Below, in pieces: positions 44,933-53,279 of a DNA stretch of 64,000 nucleotides. A program made the position numbers and the translations under genes. A model generated the notes under the pieces. The model ran no database searches. It was not told where the DNA came from and was given only the letters and a program-made list of their open reading frames with translations. The stretch comes from a virus. The DNA lies in IMG/VR virus record IMGVR_UViG_3300006310_000001. One strand, given 5' to 3'. Positions within the stretch are counted from its first letter, which is position 1. Each line of letters begins with the position of its first letter.

Positions 44933-46296
44933 ACTTTAAAATCTGAAAACTTATCGTAAGCAGTTTTCTCTTCTTTTGTTTCCTTTTGATTAGAGTCAAC
45001 TATGTTTTGTGCTGTTTGACCTACATCATACAATCTCATTTTAGGTCTATCAACCCCTATAATAAATGACCTATTAATTCCTGGGTCATTATATCTATTC
45101 TTCAATTGTTTAATCTTTAACTGACCTAATGCTTCTAAATCATCATTGGATATTATTGCAAACATAAAGTCTGCTGTTGCTGGCAATCCAAAACTTTCTG
45201 CCGTATCTTCTAGTCCTATGTCTGTACTCATAAATCCAGTTCTTGTTGTTTGTGTAGCAGAAAACAAAGGTACATTAAATTCTACTGCAAGTCCTCTTAA
45301 TTCTTCTGCAATTGCTTTGATATAGAAATAAGAACCTATGTTGCCACCTTTAAATCTACTTGACGCACATATATTTAAATAATCTATGAACACTACATCT
45401 GCTTTAAAACTTTTCTTTAATGCAAGTTCATTAAACAATGCTCTAAAGTGTCCACTATGAGCAGCGGCAGTTGGATATTCTTTAATAATTAATTTACCAC
45501 CAGTCTTCTTTCTTATCTTATCTATCTTATTATCATATAACTCTTTTGGCATTGTATGTAAATCGTCCATAGTTACATCTAATAAGTTTGCGTCAATTCT
45601 TTCAGCAATTCTTTCTTCTGCCATTTCTAAAGTGATATACAATACATTTAAACCTTGTGCCAAATAAGCACTTGCACAATGACACATAAACAAAGACTTA
45701 CCTACACCTGTACCTGCCAATGCAATATTCAAAGTCTTACTTGGAACACCACCCTTGGTTGCTCTATTCATATAATCTAAATCAAATTGATATTTTGTTT
45801 CTTTAGTATGATACCATTTAAATCTTCTATCAGCGTCATCTATATAATCGTGACCAATATGTTGGTCAAATGATACTGCTAATGCGTCTGCTAGTATGCC
45901 TGGTATCGCTTCTGGCGTTCTCTTGCTATCTTTCTTATCTAATATTCTAATACCATCTAGTACAGCATTATGTACTGCTCTATCTTTACAAAACTTTTCT
46001 GTAGTATCTAACAACCATTGTGGATCGGAATCTAATTTAGTTATAGAATTAATATTATCTTTTAATGTATTATGTTCATCTTCATTAACATCTTTTCTTT
46101 GTCCTAATTCAATTAAGATTGCTTCTTTTGTTGGAAGATTATTATACTTCTCAACAAACTTATATATTTCTGTAAATAAAATCTTATCAGTTCTTAATGG
46201 AAAATAATCTTCTTTTAAAAAAGGCAATACTTTTCTAGCATACTCTTCTTGAAAGAAGAGGTTATTTAATATAGTTGTTTCTAATCTTTCGCTCAT
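44929..46296 (-). CDS. 41: replicative DNA helicase (T4 gp41)
   Basis: AGTGVGKS, TLEMAEE, IKEYPT, DYLNI, SATQTTR, ESFGLPATAD. Confidence 0.96.
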   Translation of the reverse strand: MSERLETTILNNLFFQEEYARKVLPFLKEDYFPLRTDKILFTEIYKFVEKYNNLPTKEAILIELGQRKDVNEDEHNTLKDNINSITKLDSDPQWLLDTTEKFCKDRAVHNAVLDGIRILDKKDSKRTPEAIPGILADALAVSFDQHIGHDYIDDADRRFKWYHTKETKYQFDLDYMNRATKGGVPSKTLNIALAGTGVGKSLFMCHCASAYLAQGLNVLYITLEMAEERIAERIDANLLDVTMDDLHTMPKELYDNKIDKIRKKTGGKLIIKEYPTAAAHSGHFRALFNELALKKSFKADVVFIDYLNICASSRFKGGNIGSYFYIKAIAEELRGLAVEFNVPLFSATQTTRTGFMSTDIGLEDTAESFGLPATADFMFAIISNDDLEALGQLKIKQLKNRYNDPGINRSFIIGVDRPKMRLYDVGQTAQNIVDSNQKETKEEKTAYDKFSDFKV

Positions 46297-46847
46297 ACGT
46301 AATGCAAATAACTTCCTATTATATATTTTGGTTCTTCTATTGGTTTATGTCCTATATGTTTATGAGTCCACAAAGGTGGAAACATTAATAATCTACCTGG
46401 CTTTGGTTCAACTTTCAAATCATATTCAGGAAAAGAGGTTTGACCTCCCTTATTTTTTTTTAAATATAAAAAGAATACAAGAAATCTTTTTGCACTTGCA
46501 TAGTCCATAACATCAACGTGTTCTTTAAATTCATCTTGATTATTAACTTCATATTTCTTAAAACGGATTTGTTCAAATCCAAATTTATTCGGCCATTGGT
46601 GCGTCATATCTATATTATTATCTTCACAATACTTATCAACATATGGTCTTAATACTTTGTATATTATGTCCACATATTCTTGCCAATCTGAATGTAAATT
46701 TATATTAATTTCTGTAAAAGACCTATGACCTTTTAATTCTGTTTTAGTCCATTGATGTTTTGAATCTTCAAACTTATCAATCAAATGTTGACATTGATTT
46801 GGTTCTAATGCACCATCATAAACATTAATAAAATTTTTATTTTCCAC
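46293..46847 (-). CDS. 2OG-Fe(II) oxygenase (prolyl-4-hydroxylase-like)
   Basis: EHVD, YLKKNKGGQT, FPPLWTHKHIG; paralog of 11981..12649. Confidence 0.8.
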   Translation of the reverse strand: MENKNFINVYDGALEPNQCQHLIDKFEDSKHQWTKTELKGHRSFTEININLHSDWQEYVDIIYKVLRPYVDKYCEDNNIDMTHQWPNKFGFEQIRFKKYEVNNQDEFKEHVDVMDYASAKRFLVFFLYLKKNKGGQTSFPEYDLKVEPKPGRLLMFPPLWTHKHIGHKPIEEPKYIIGSYLHYV

Positions 46848-47145
46848 TTTTTATTTTCTCATCTAATAATTCTATCAATAAGTCACCAATATAATCTATA
46901 AATTCTTTATTGTCAAGTGTATCCATATCATTGGGATTTTTTATTACTGTATAATCAAACTTCATAGGCAAAGTTCCATCTGGATTCTCATCTTTTCCAA
47001 ACCCAACCTTGCCGTAATGGAAGATTATATCTTTATATTTACCTTCTGTTATTTTGATACAAGAGAAATCATCTTTATCTCTTTGTACAAATACGTAAGG
47101 TTTACTCTTCTGATCCGTAGGTAAATTTGTGTCTTGCGTGTTCAT
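46837..47145 (-). CDS. hypothetical protein in the T4 gp40 position
   Basis: Between uvsX and 41; homology to gp40 not evident. Confidence 0.7.
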   Translation of the reverse strand: MNTQDTNLPTDQKSKPYVFVQRDKDDFSCIKITEGKYKDIIFHYGKVGFGKDENPDGTLPMKFDYTVIKNPNDMDTLDNKEFIDYIGDLLIELLDEKIKSGK

Positions 47146-48124
47146 CTATCTTATCTAATACTTCCTTTGTAAAATACTTATCTGGATTATCATTAACTTG
47201 TTTACCAAATACTTTAGAACCATCTGGCATTTCATATCTTGTTGATACTTTCTTAAAGATACCTGCCTCTTCTCCTAGTTCTAATAGTCCATAATGCTTA
47301 TCCAAACCGTGTTTATAAGTTAACTTAACATCCACTTTAGCATTTTCTTTAGTAATTCTTGATTTATATATTTTACAATGAATAATATTTCCAATAACCT
47401 CGGTACCCAATTTCTCTTTTCGTTTACCAAGATAGATGATTGTTGAAGCAGCGTATTTCAATCCTGAACCGCCACCCATTTCTTTTTGTGGGAACATTGA
47501 ACCAATAACATCATACGTGTGATTGGTCATTAACAAAGGAACATTTGCTTGTCCTAGTTTAAGTGTTAAAACTCTAAATGTAGATTTGACAATTTGTGAC
47601 CTTGTCATATCTCTTGTTTCTTTACCTTCTGCTGTGTCTGTCATTTCTTTTGTAGTAGATAGCATTCCTAAACTATCTAACACAAACATTAAAGGTTGTC
47701 TATCTTTTTCTTCTTGTTCTAAATATTTGTCTACTATTTTAATTGCCTGCGCTCTAAATTCTTGTACTGTTGATACTGGTACTACTACAACTCTTTTACT
47801 ATCAACACCTCTTGACTCTATCATATCTTTTGATACTGCATTTTCTGATTCAAACAGAACAACGCCTGCGTCTTTGTCTTTATCTAAAAATCGTTTGAGA
47901 ATACCTAATGCGAAAAATGTTTTACCAGTTGCTGCCTCACCTGCAATTGCTGTAATACGGTTGCCTGGTAACCCACCGTAAATTGAACCTGAAAGAAGAG
48001 CATTAAAAGAATAAGAACCTGTATCTATAAATGAAGTTACATCACCTGCTGTGATACCTTCACTTGCTAAACTAGCAAATTCATTTCCTGTTTCTTTAAT
48101 AATCTCTTTTAGAAAGTCTTTCAT
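47102..48124 (-). CDS. uvsX: RecA-like recombinase UvsX
   Basis: [32 protein letters not shown]. Confidence 0.95.
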   Translation of the reverse strand: MKDFLKEIIKETGNEFASLASEGITAGDVTSFIDTGSYSFNALLSGSIYGGLPGNRITAIAGEAATGKTFFALGILKRFLDKDKDAGVVLFESENAVSKDMIESRGVDSKRVVVVPVSTVQEFRAQAIKIVDKYLEQEEKDRQPLMFVLDSLGMLSTTKEMTDTAEGKETRDMTRSQIVKSTFRVLTLKLGQANVPLLMTNHTYDVIGSMFPQKEMGGGSGLKYAASTIIYLGKRKEKLGTEVIGNIIHCKIYKSRITKENAKVDVKLTYKHGLDKHYGLLELGEEAGIFKKVSTRYEMPDGSKVFGKQVNDNPDKYFTKEVLDKIDEHARHKFTYGSEE

Positions 48125-48269
48125 ACTCTTTATATTCCTCTTCTGAATAATTTAATACATAAAATTTTATATTATTAATATAACATAATTCCTTCACCGA
48201 GTCAAGTTCCTTTGGTAGAAAGTTATGACTAATGTAATCATCTGGTCTTCTATAAATCGTTATTCTCAC
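48096..48269 (-). CDS. 57-aa hypothetical protein (GTG start, [12 protein letters not shown]...)
   Basis: Not in track; overlaps both neighbours. Confidence 0.5.
   Translation of the reverse strand: MRITIYRRPDDYISHNFLPKELDSVKELCYINNIKFYVLNYSEEEYKEYERLSKRDY
48177..48205 (-). promoter_or_regulatory. sigma70-type promoter TTGACT-N17-TATATT with TGn
   Basis: Upstream of uvsX. Confidence 0.75.
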
Positions 48270-48540
48270 GATACTTTTTCCATCCTAAAGGTATATACCA
48301 TAGTATAATAACTATCGGTATGGAAATAACAACCCAAAAGTGCTGTGGGTGTTTATAATATACCATCATACCAATAATACTTCCTATATCTATAACGCTA
48401 TGTATAGAAATCCACCAACCATAGGTTAGTTTCTCTATAATTTTCTTTCGTAAATTTCTTAAATAGGAACAGTAATGCCTTGACATAGCAAAACCATCAT
48501 TGATGATGAATATAACCAAACATAAATAAAAGTAATCCAT
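48250..48540 (-). CDS. small membrane protein
   Basis: Three hydrophobic segments. Confidence 0.7.
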   Translation of the reverse strand: MDYFYLCLVIFIINDGFAMSRHYCSYLRNLRKKIIEKLTYGWWISIHSVIDIGSIIGMMVYYKHPQHFWVVISIPIVIILWYIPLGWKKYRENNDL

Positions 48541-48545
48541 ATTAT

Positions 48546-48553
48546 TATTTATA
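48546..48553 (-). promoter_or_regulatory. T4-type late promoter TATAAATA
   Basis: Exact consensus 6 bp upstream of 48540; overlaps a stop codon. Confidence 0.55.
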
Positions 48554-49778
48554 TAAACGCCTCTAACGTCCCTACTCTTGCGTGTTTAAATAAGTCTATC
48601 TTCTCTCCAAAACACCAAATATTCTCAATATAAGTCATTGCCATAAAGACATTCAACTCTTCTTTTGTTTTAAACTTTTTAGTACCTTGTGGTCTTTGCA
48701 TAATCCTCATACCAATTTGACCTAAAAACTTATCTTTAAATCTATCAACTAGTTCATCACTTGACCTATATCTAGTACCCTTAATCTTTGGATCCATAAT
48801 ATTAACAAACATAAATTTTGATTTACTCATTGTCTTTTCTGCAACTGGAAGATAAAAACTATCTCTCCATTTATCATACTCATTAAACTTATGCCAAGAT
48901 TGTAGTTCTTCTTTATCACCACCTTTATTATATTGTTCAGTACTAAAATAAGGTGGACTTGTAAACGCACAATCTATATCTGGTAGTTCGTTATAAGGTA
49001 AATCTTCTGCACCACAATTCCATATCTTAACAGTTTTATTTTTAAAGAATTTACTATACTCTTCTATTTGTTTTTGATAATTCTTATACGTATTTGGATT
49101 AGGGTCGCAACCATAATAATGTGTTGCCTTACTAGCAAAGAAACCAGCTAGTCTATCTCCCCAACCACAACTCGTATCTAATACTGTTTCTGCATTGGTC
49201 ATATCGTATATTGTTTTTGCAACAACTGGTTTAAATTGTGTTGCAACATATGTACCTAATCTTATTGCTTCTCTATAACTATTTGGTGATAAATCTTTGG
49301 TACTATTCACACCTCTCCATAATGCACCTAAACATTTCCATATATCTTTTGCATTACCATTTTTAAAAACTTCAATTGGTGCTCTAAAACTATAACTTGA
49401 ACAATTTAATCTTAACTCTTGATGAAAATAATTACTACACTTATTATATATTGATGGAGCGTCAATTAGTCCTAGACCATATTTTGAATAAGGATACTTA
49501 TAGTCATCATACTTTTCAAATATATCTTTATGACTTTGTTCATTAGGTGTACAAAGTTTGCTAGTATCAAACTTACTTAATTTTATTATATTATCTTTCA
49601 TAACATCATATGAAATTTTATTTAAAGGAAATTCTGGTCTATGTTCAGCAATATATTCTGCTAATAGTTCTCTAAATTTTTCTTTACCTATTTCATCTGT
49701 CCAATTTTTAAATTGAATAGAGTCCATAATAGGCAATCTATTTTCGTCTGCGAATTGTTTAAGGTCTAGGTTTTTCAT
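48549..49778 (-). CDS. DNA amino-methyltransferase (SPPY, N4-C/N6-A type)
   Basis: VLDTSCGWG followed by FTSPPYF. Confidence 0.8.
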   Translation of the reverse strand: MKNLDLKQFADENRLPIMDSIQFKNWTDEIGKEKFRELLAEYIAEHRPEFPLNKISYDVMKDNIIKLSKFDTSKLCTPNEQSHKDIFEKYDDYKYPYSKYGLGLIDAPSIYNKCSNYFHQELRLNCSSYSFRAPIEVFKNGNAKDIWKCLGALWRGVNSTKDLSPNSYREAIRLGTYVATQFKPVVAKTIYDMTNAETVLDTSCGWGDRLAGFFASKATHYYGCDPNPNTYKNYQKQIEEYSKFFKNKTVKIWNCGAEDLPYNELPDIDCAFTSPPYFSTEQYNKGGDKEELQSWHKFNEYDKWRDSFYLPVAEKTMSKSKFMFVNIMDPKIKGTRYRSSDELVDRFKDKFLGQIGMRIMQRPQGTKKFKTKEELNVFMAMTYIENIWCFGEKIDLFKHARVGTLEAFI

Positions 49779-49854
49779 TGTTCCACATTAATAATAAACA
49801 TAAAGGTATTGCATAAATTAATAATACAAATAACATTGATAATAAAATTGTCAT
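49759..49854 (-). CDS. 31-aa single-TM microprotein
   Basis: Not in track; MTILLSMLFVLLIYAIPLCLLLMWNNEKPRP; ATGA-coupled. Confidence 0.55.
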   Translation of the reverse strand: MTILLSMLFVLLIYAIPLCLLLMWNNEKPRP

Positions 49855-50762
49855 ACAAAAAACGGATTCACTTTCTTTAATCTCTTCTCTATGTCTTTAA
49901 AATAATTCTTTTCTCTTTCTATCAAGTAATACTTACGACCTTCTAATAACGCCGCTTCACCAGTAGTACCTGTACCTGCAAATGGATCCAATACTGTTCC
50001 ATCTTTAGGTGTAACTAACTTAACAAGATATCTCATTAACTCTAATGGTTTAACTGTAGGGTGTTCTGTATTTCCTTTTTCTTTTTTACTTGCCTTGGCA
50101 CAATAAAAATACTTTGCCCATTCTTCATAATATGATCCATCGTGTATAACATTAGCAGGATATCTTCCTTCTATTTTTTCTCCTGTACCTGTTTTCTTTA
50201 AACCTAATTTATAAATTGCTTCTTTATGTTTTTTAGGTTCTCTTCTGTTTTTAGTTGTGTCCCACTCGTATCCAGGTACTCTACTCTCATCTATGTTTAA
50301 ACTTTTATTAACTCCTTTACGTGCCATTACTATAGGTTCGTGACCAGGTTTTAAATAGTTTTTTCTTTTAGGAAATCCACTACCATACATCCAATTAATC
50401 ATATCAAATATTTCAAACCCAGCGTCTTCTACTGCAACTGCCATTCTATGATAGTTTCTAGTGGCAGCAAATGATAAGAGTACTGCACCTGGTTTCATAA
50501 CTCTTAATACTTCTTTCCAAAAATCTTTATTAAATGCTATATCACCACCGTCCCAAGTCTGTCCCATAAATCCTTTCGCCGCTCTATGATAAGGTCCATT
50601 ACGTCCTTCTTTCTCATCTTTATTATTAATGCCTTTTTGACCTGGACCAAATCGTTTAAGTATAGACGCCAAATGATATGGTGGATCAGTTACACACGAA
50701 TCAAATCTATTATCTTCAAGTGTTTTTAAATGTTCTAAACTTTCTGCGTTTTTAATATCCAT
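49851..50762 (-). CDS. beta-class DNA N6-adenine/N4-cytosine methyltransferase
   Basis: TDPPY near N-terminus, HPTVKP, VLDPFAGTGTT near C-terminus. Confidence 0.9.
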   Translation of the reverse strand: MDIKNAESLEHLKTLEDNRFDSCVTDPPYHLASILKRFGPGQKGINNKDEKEGRNGPYHRAAKGFMGQTWDGGDIAFNKDFWKEVLRVMKPGAVLLSFAATRNYHRMAVAVEDAGFEIFDMINWMYGSGFPKRKNYLKPGHEPIVMARKGVNKSLNIDESRVPGYEWDTTKNRREPKKHKEAIYKLGLKKTGTGEKIEGRYPANVIHDGSYYEEWAKYFYCAKASKKEKGNTEHPTVKPLELMRYLVKLVTPKDGTVLDPFAGTGTTGEAALLEGRKYYLIEREKNYFKDIEKRLKKVNPFFV

Positions 50763-50883
50763 ATGCCTTACCTAAAAATCTCACTACTAATAAGAATATA
50801 ATAAACTGGTAGAGTTTTATATTAGTATTCTGTGCTAGAAAACCTCCAAACAATACAGCAAAAAACATTATAAAGTTATTCAT
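50752..50883 (-). CDS. 43-aa hydrophobic microprotein
   Basis: Not in track; MNNFIMFFAVLFGGFLAQ...; overlaps both neighbours. Confidence 0.55.
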   Translation of the reverse strand: MNNFIMFFAVLFGGFLAQNTNIKLYQFIIFLLVVRFLGKAYGY

Positions 50884-51835
50884 TATTCTCCTTAAACCAA
50901 CTTATATATTTTCTAATACCATATTCAATATCTATTTTTGGTTCCCATCCTGTTATTTTTTTCAATTTACTATTATCTAAAGTATCTCTAGTTGGATAAA
51001 AAGAATCCGAATCTTTAATATTTAATTTACAACTAAACTGTCCCATACAATCTTTAACAATTCTTGCCGCTTCTACTATAGTTCTACCTCGTCCTCTTGA
51101 ACAATTAAAAATCTGATTTACAGCACCTTTATGCAATGCACCGTGTATAAATGCTTCTGCAACTTCTGAAACATCTGTAAAATCTAATTTACTATGAACA
51201 CCATTAACATCAATTTCACTTTTTTCTATAGCACTTTTTGCCATTTTACTTATAACTCTTATAATCATATCTCTTGTTCCATATATTGCACTAGGTCTTA
51301 ATATAGAATATTCTAATTCATAATCCTTATTAAAAGATTTAATCATTTGTTCGCCTGCTAATTTATAAGAACCATAAAGTGTTTTAGGGTCTGTTGGATG
51401 AAATTCATCTGGTGCTTGTGTTAAAAAATCACCATACACCATACTTGAAGACGCATATACAATTCTTTTTACTTTATGTTTAACACACAATTGTAAAATC
51501 TTTAAAGTACCAGTAATTGCTGTTTTAGTTTCTTGTTCAATATTACCTAATAACATATTAGCATTAGGACAACTTGCTAAATGTATAACTATATCAGGTT
51601 TAAAACTTTCAAATACAGTTTCAGATTTTAAAATATCTCTTAAATATATATTATCTGCCTTAGCATATTTTATTCTTTGCGCTAATACTTTCCTATACAA
51701 TCTAACATCATAGTATTTGTAATCTGTATAGTTGTCTATTACACCTACGGTATGACCTAACTTTTTTAATATATGTGATATGTGGCAACCAATAAATCCG
51801 TGACCACCTGTTATTAAGATTTTATAGTTTTCCAT
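50876..51835 (-). CDS. NAD-dependent nucleotide-sugar epimerase/dehydratase
   Basis: ITGGHGFIG, ASSSMVYG, YGSYK (YxxxK), RPSAIYG. Confidence 0.9.
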   Translation of the reverse strand: MENYKILITGGHGFIGCHISHILKKLGHTVGVIDNYTDYKYYDVRLYRKVLAQRIKYAKADNIYLRDILKSETVFESFKPDIVIHLASCPNANMLLGNIEQETKTAITGTLKILQLCVKHKVKRIVYASSSMVYGDFLTQAPDEFHPTDPKTLYGSYKLAGEQMIKSFNKDYELEYSILRPSAIYGTRDMIIRVISKMAKSAIEKSEIDVNGVHSKLDFTDVSEVAEAFIHGALHKGAVNQIFNCSRGRGRTIVEAARIVKDCMGQFSCKLNIKDSDSFYPTRDTLDNSKLKKITGWEPKIDIEYGIRKYISWFKENNE

Positions 51836-52365
51836 TTTATATTCTCTTGTTCAATTAACACTTCTAAACACAACCAACATTTATCATCCCAATTTTTATG
51901 TGTATGGTGTGTCATTATTGTATCATTTTCTGGTACTTTAATTTCTTCCACAACGTTATCTTTAACTTTCATCAAATCAATTACATTTTTACTATCAGAA
52001 ACTTTTTTAAATCCCATATCATATAACAACTTATAATCACCATCAAATTTATTCCACGGTGGAACAAAACAAGAATAAAATTGCTTCTTAAATAATGATT
52101 CTAACATACTTTTACCTGTTTGTATATCTAACCTATCAAACTTTTCAAATTTTGGTTTATCTTTATCTGCACTATTAATATGTTTCCAACCGTGCTGTAC
52201 TACAGTTACATTAGGATATTTTTTAATTAATTCTACAAGATTAAATTTTATACTACCAGGAATAACTGCCAACATTACTGGTATCCTTTTTGTAAGTTCT
52301 AAAAATCTACGAGTGCTTTGTGTCAACTCAAAACAATCATCATCCCTTAAAATTAATTCACGCAT
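51814..52365 (-). CDS. polysaccharide deacetylase-like protein
   Basis: LRDDD, LAVIP, VQHGWKH, FVPPWN, MTHH. Confidence 0.75.
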   Translation of the reverse strand: MRELILRDDDCFELTQSTRRFLELTKRIPVMLAVIPGSIKFNLVELIKKYPNVTVVQHGWKHINSADKDKPKFEKFDRLDIQTGKSMLESLFKKQFYSCFVPPWNKFDGDYKLLYDMGFKKVSDSKNVIDLMKVKDNVVEEIKVPENDTIMTHHTHKNWDDKCWLCLEVLIEQENIKWKTIKS

Positions 52366-53279
52366 ATTTTCTCCAATAATTGTTTTGTCTTTTGTACACC
52401 GTTCATATCTGGTTTAGTTTTCATATTATCTACAAGTCTTGCTCTTGTAGTTTGTTCTTGTTCTCCAAATTGGTCTACATATGGAATAAATTTTGCAGGT
52501 GTATCAGTCATCCATAAGTCCATAACTGTATTATATCCTGCCTGACTAATAGATAGTTTATGTTTAGCAAGTAAATCTCTAAAATTTTTAACATTATAAA
52601 CTATCTTTACTTTTTTCTTATCACTTGCCCATTGTTTAAATTTTTCTAAATGTTCTTTTGGATAATTAGGACCAACAGAAAAAGTCCAATCTGTTCCATC
52701 ATATAATTCCATTGCCTTATCAAAAACTTCTTCTGCAACTCTACCACCTCCAGCAGATACAACTGTACCATTTCTTTTCTGTGGTTCTGGTTTATATGTG
52801 TCAGTTACATAACCTGTATAGTAAACAGGTGGATCAATTAAATTTAAATGTTCAAAACTTTCATCTAACTCAATAAAATTTTTATCTCCGTGTACAAGTA
52901 TAACGTCAATATATTCATTTGCCCACTCAACAGTTCTAGCAGGAAATCTTGTTGGCTTTTTACCTCCTTTAAATGGATAACAAATATCTCTAATAGATGA
53001 TACAATTTTTACATTATTATTTACAGACTTTAATAAAAATTCCATACCAGAATCAAACCATTCATATCTCATAAAAGGAAATCCATCCAATAATATAACA
53101 TCTGGTTTATAATCATTTATTATTTCTAATTGCTTAGTAAATATTGTTCTTCTTTCATCATCTGTAAATGTACCAGTTATATATTCAAACTTACAATCAT
53201 CAAGACCTTTTCTTATATTATTACATCTAACATAATGTCCATTACCTATTTGACTTTGACAAAAAATATATACTTTCAT
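52353..53279 (-). CDS. GT-B glycosyltransferase (GT28 C-terminal-like)
   Basis: GNGHYVR, DGFPF, VLVHGD, SAGGG, SISQAGYNT, EQTTRA; start moved to 53279 (ATGA with 43 stop). Confidence 0.8.
   Translation of the reverse strand: MKVYIFCQSQIGNGHYVRCNNIRKGLDDCKFEYITGTFTDDERRTIFTKQLEIINDYKPDVILLDGFPFMRYEWFDSGMEFLLKSVNNNVKIVSSIRDICYPFKGGKKPTRFPARTVEWANEYIDVILVHGDKNFIELDESFEHLNLIDPPVYYTGYVTDTYKPEPQKRNGTVVSAGGGRVAEEVFDKAMELYDGTDWTFSVGPNYPKEHLEKFKQWASDKKKVKIVYNVKNFRDLLAKHKLSISQAGYNTVMDLWMTDTPAKFIPYVDQFGEQEQTTRARLVDNMKTKPDMNGVQKTKQLLEKICVN

Noticed and set aside
46837-47145. Calling this gene T4 gp40
   Set aside because: Position fits but no recognisable sequence similarity.
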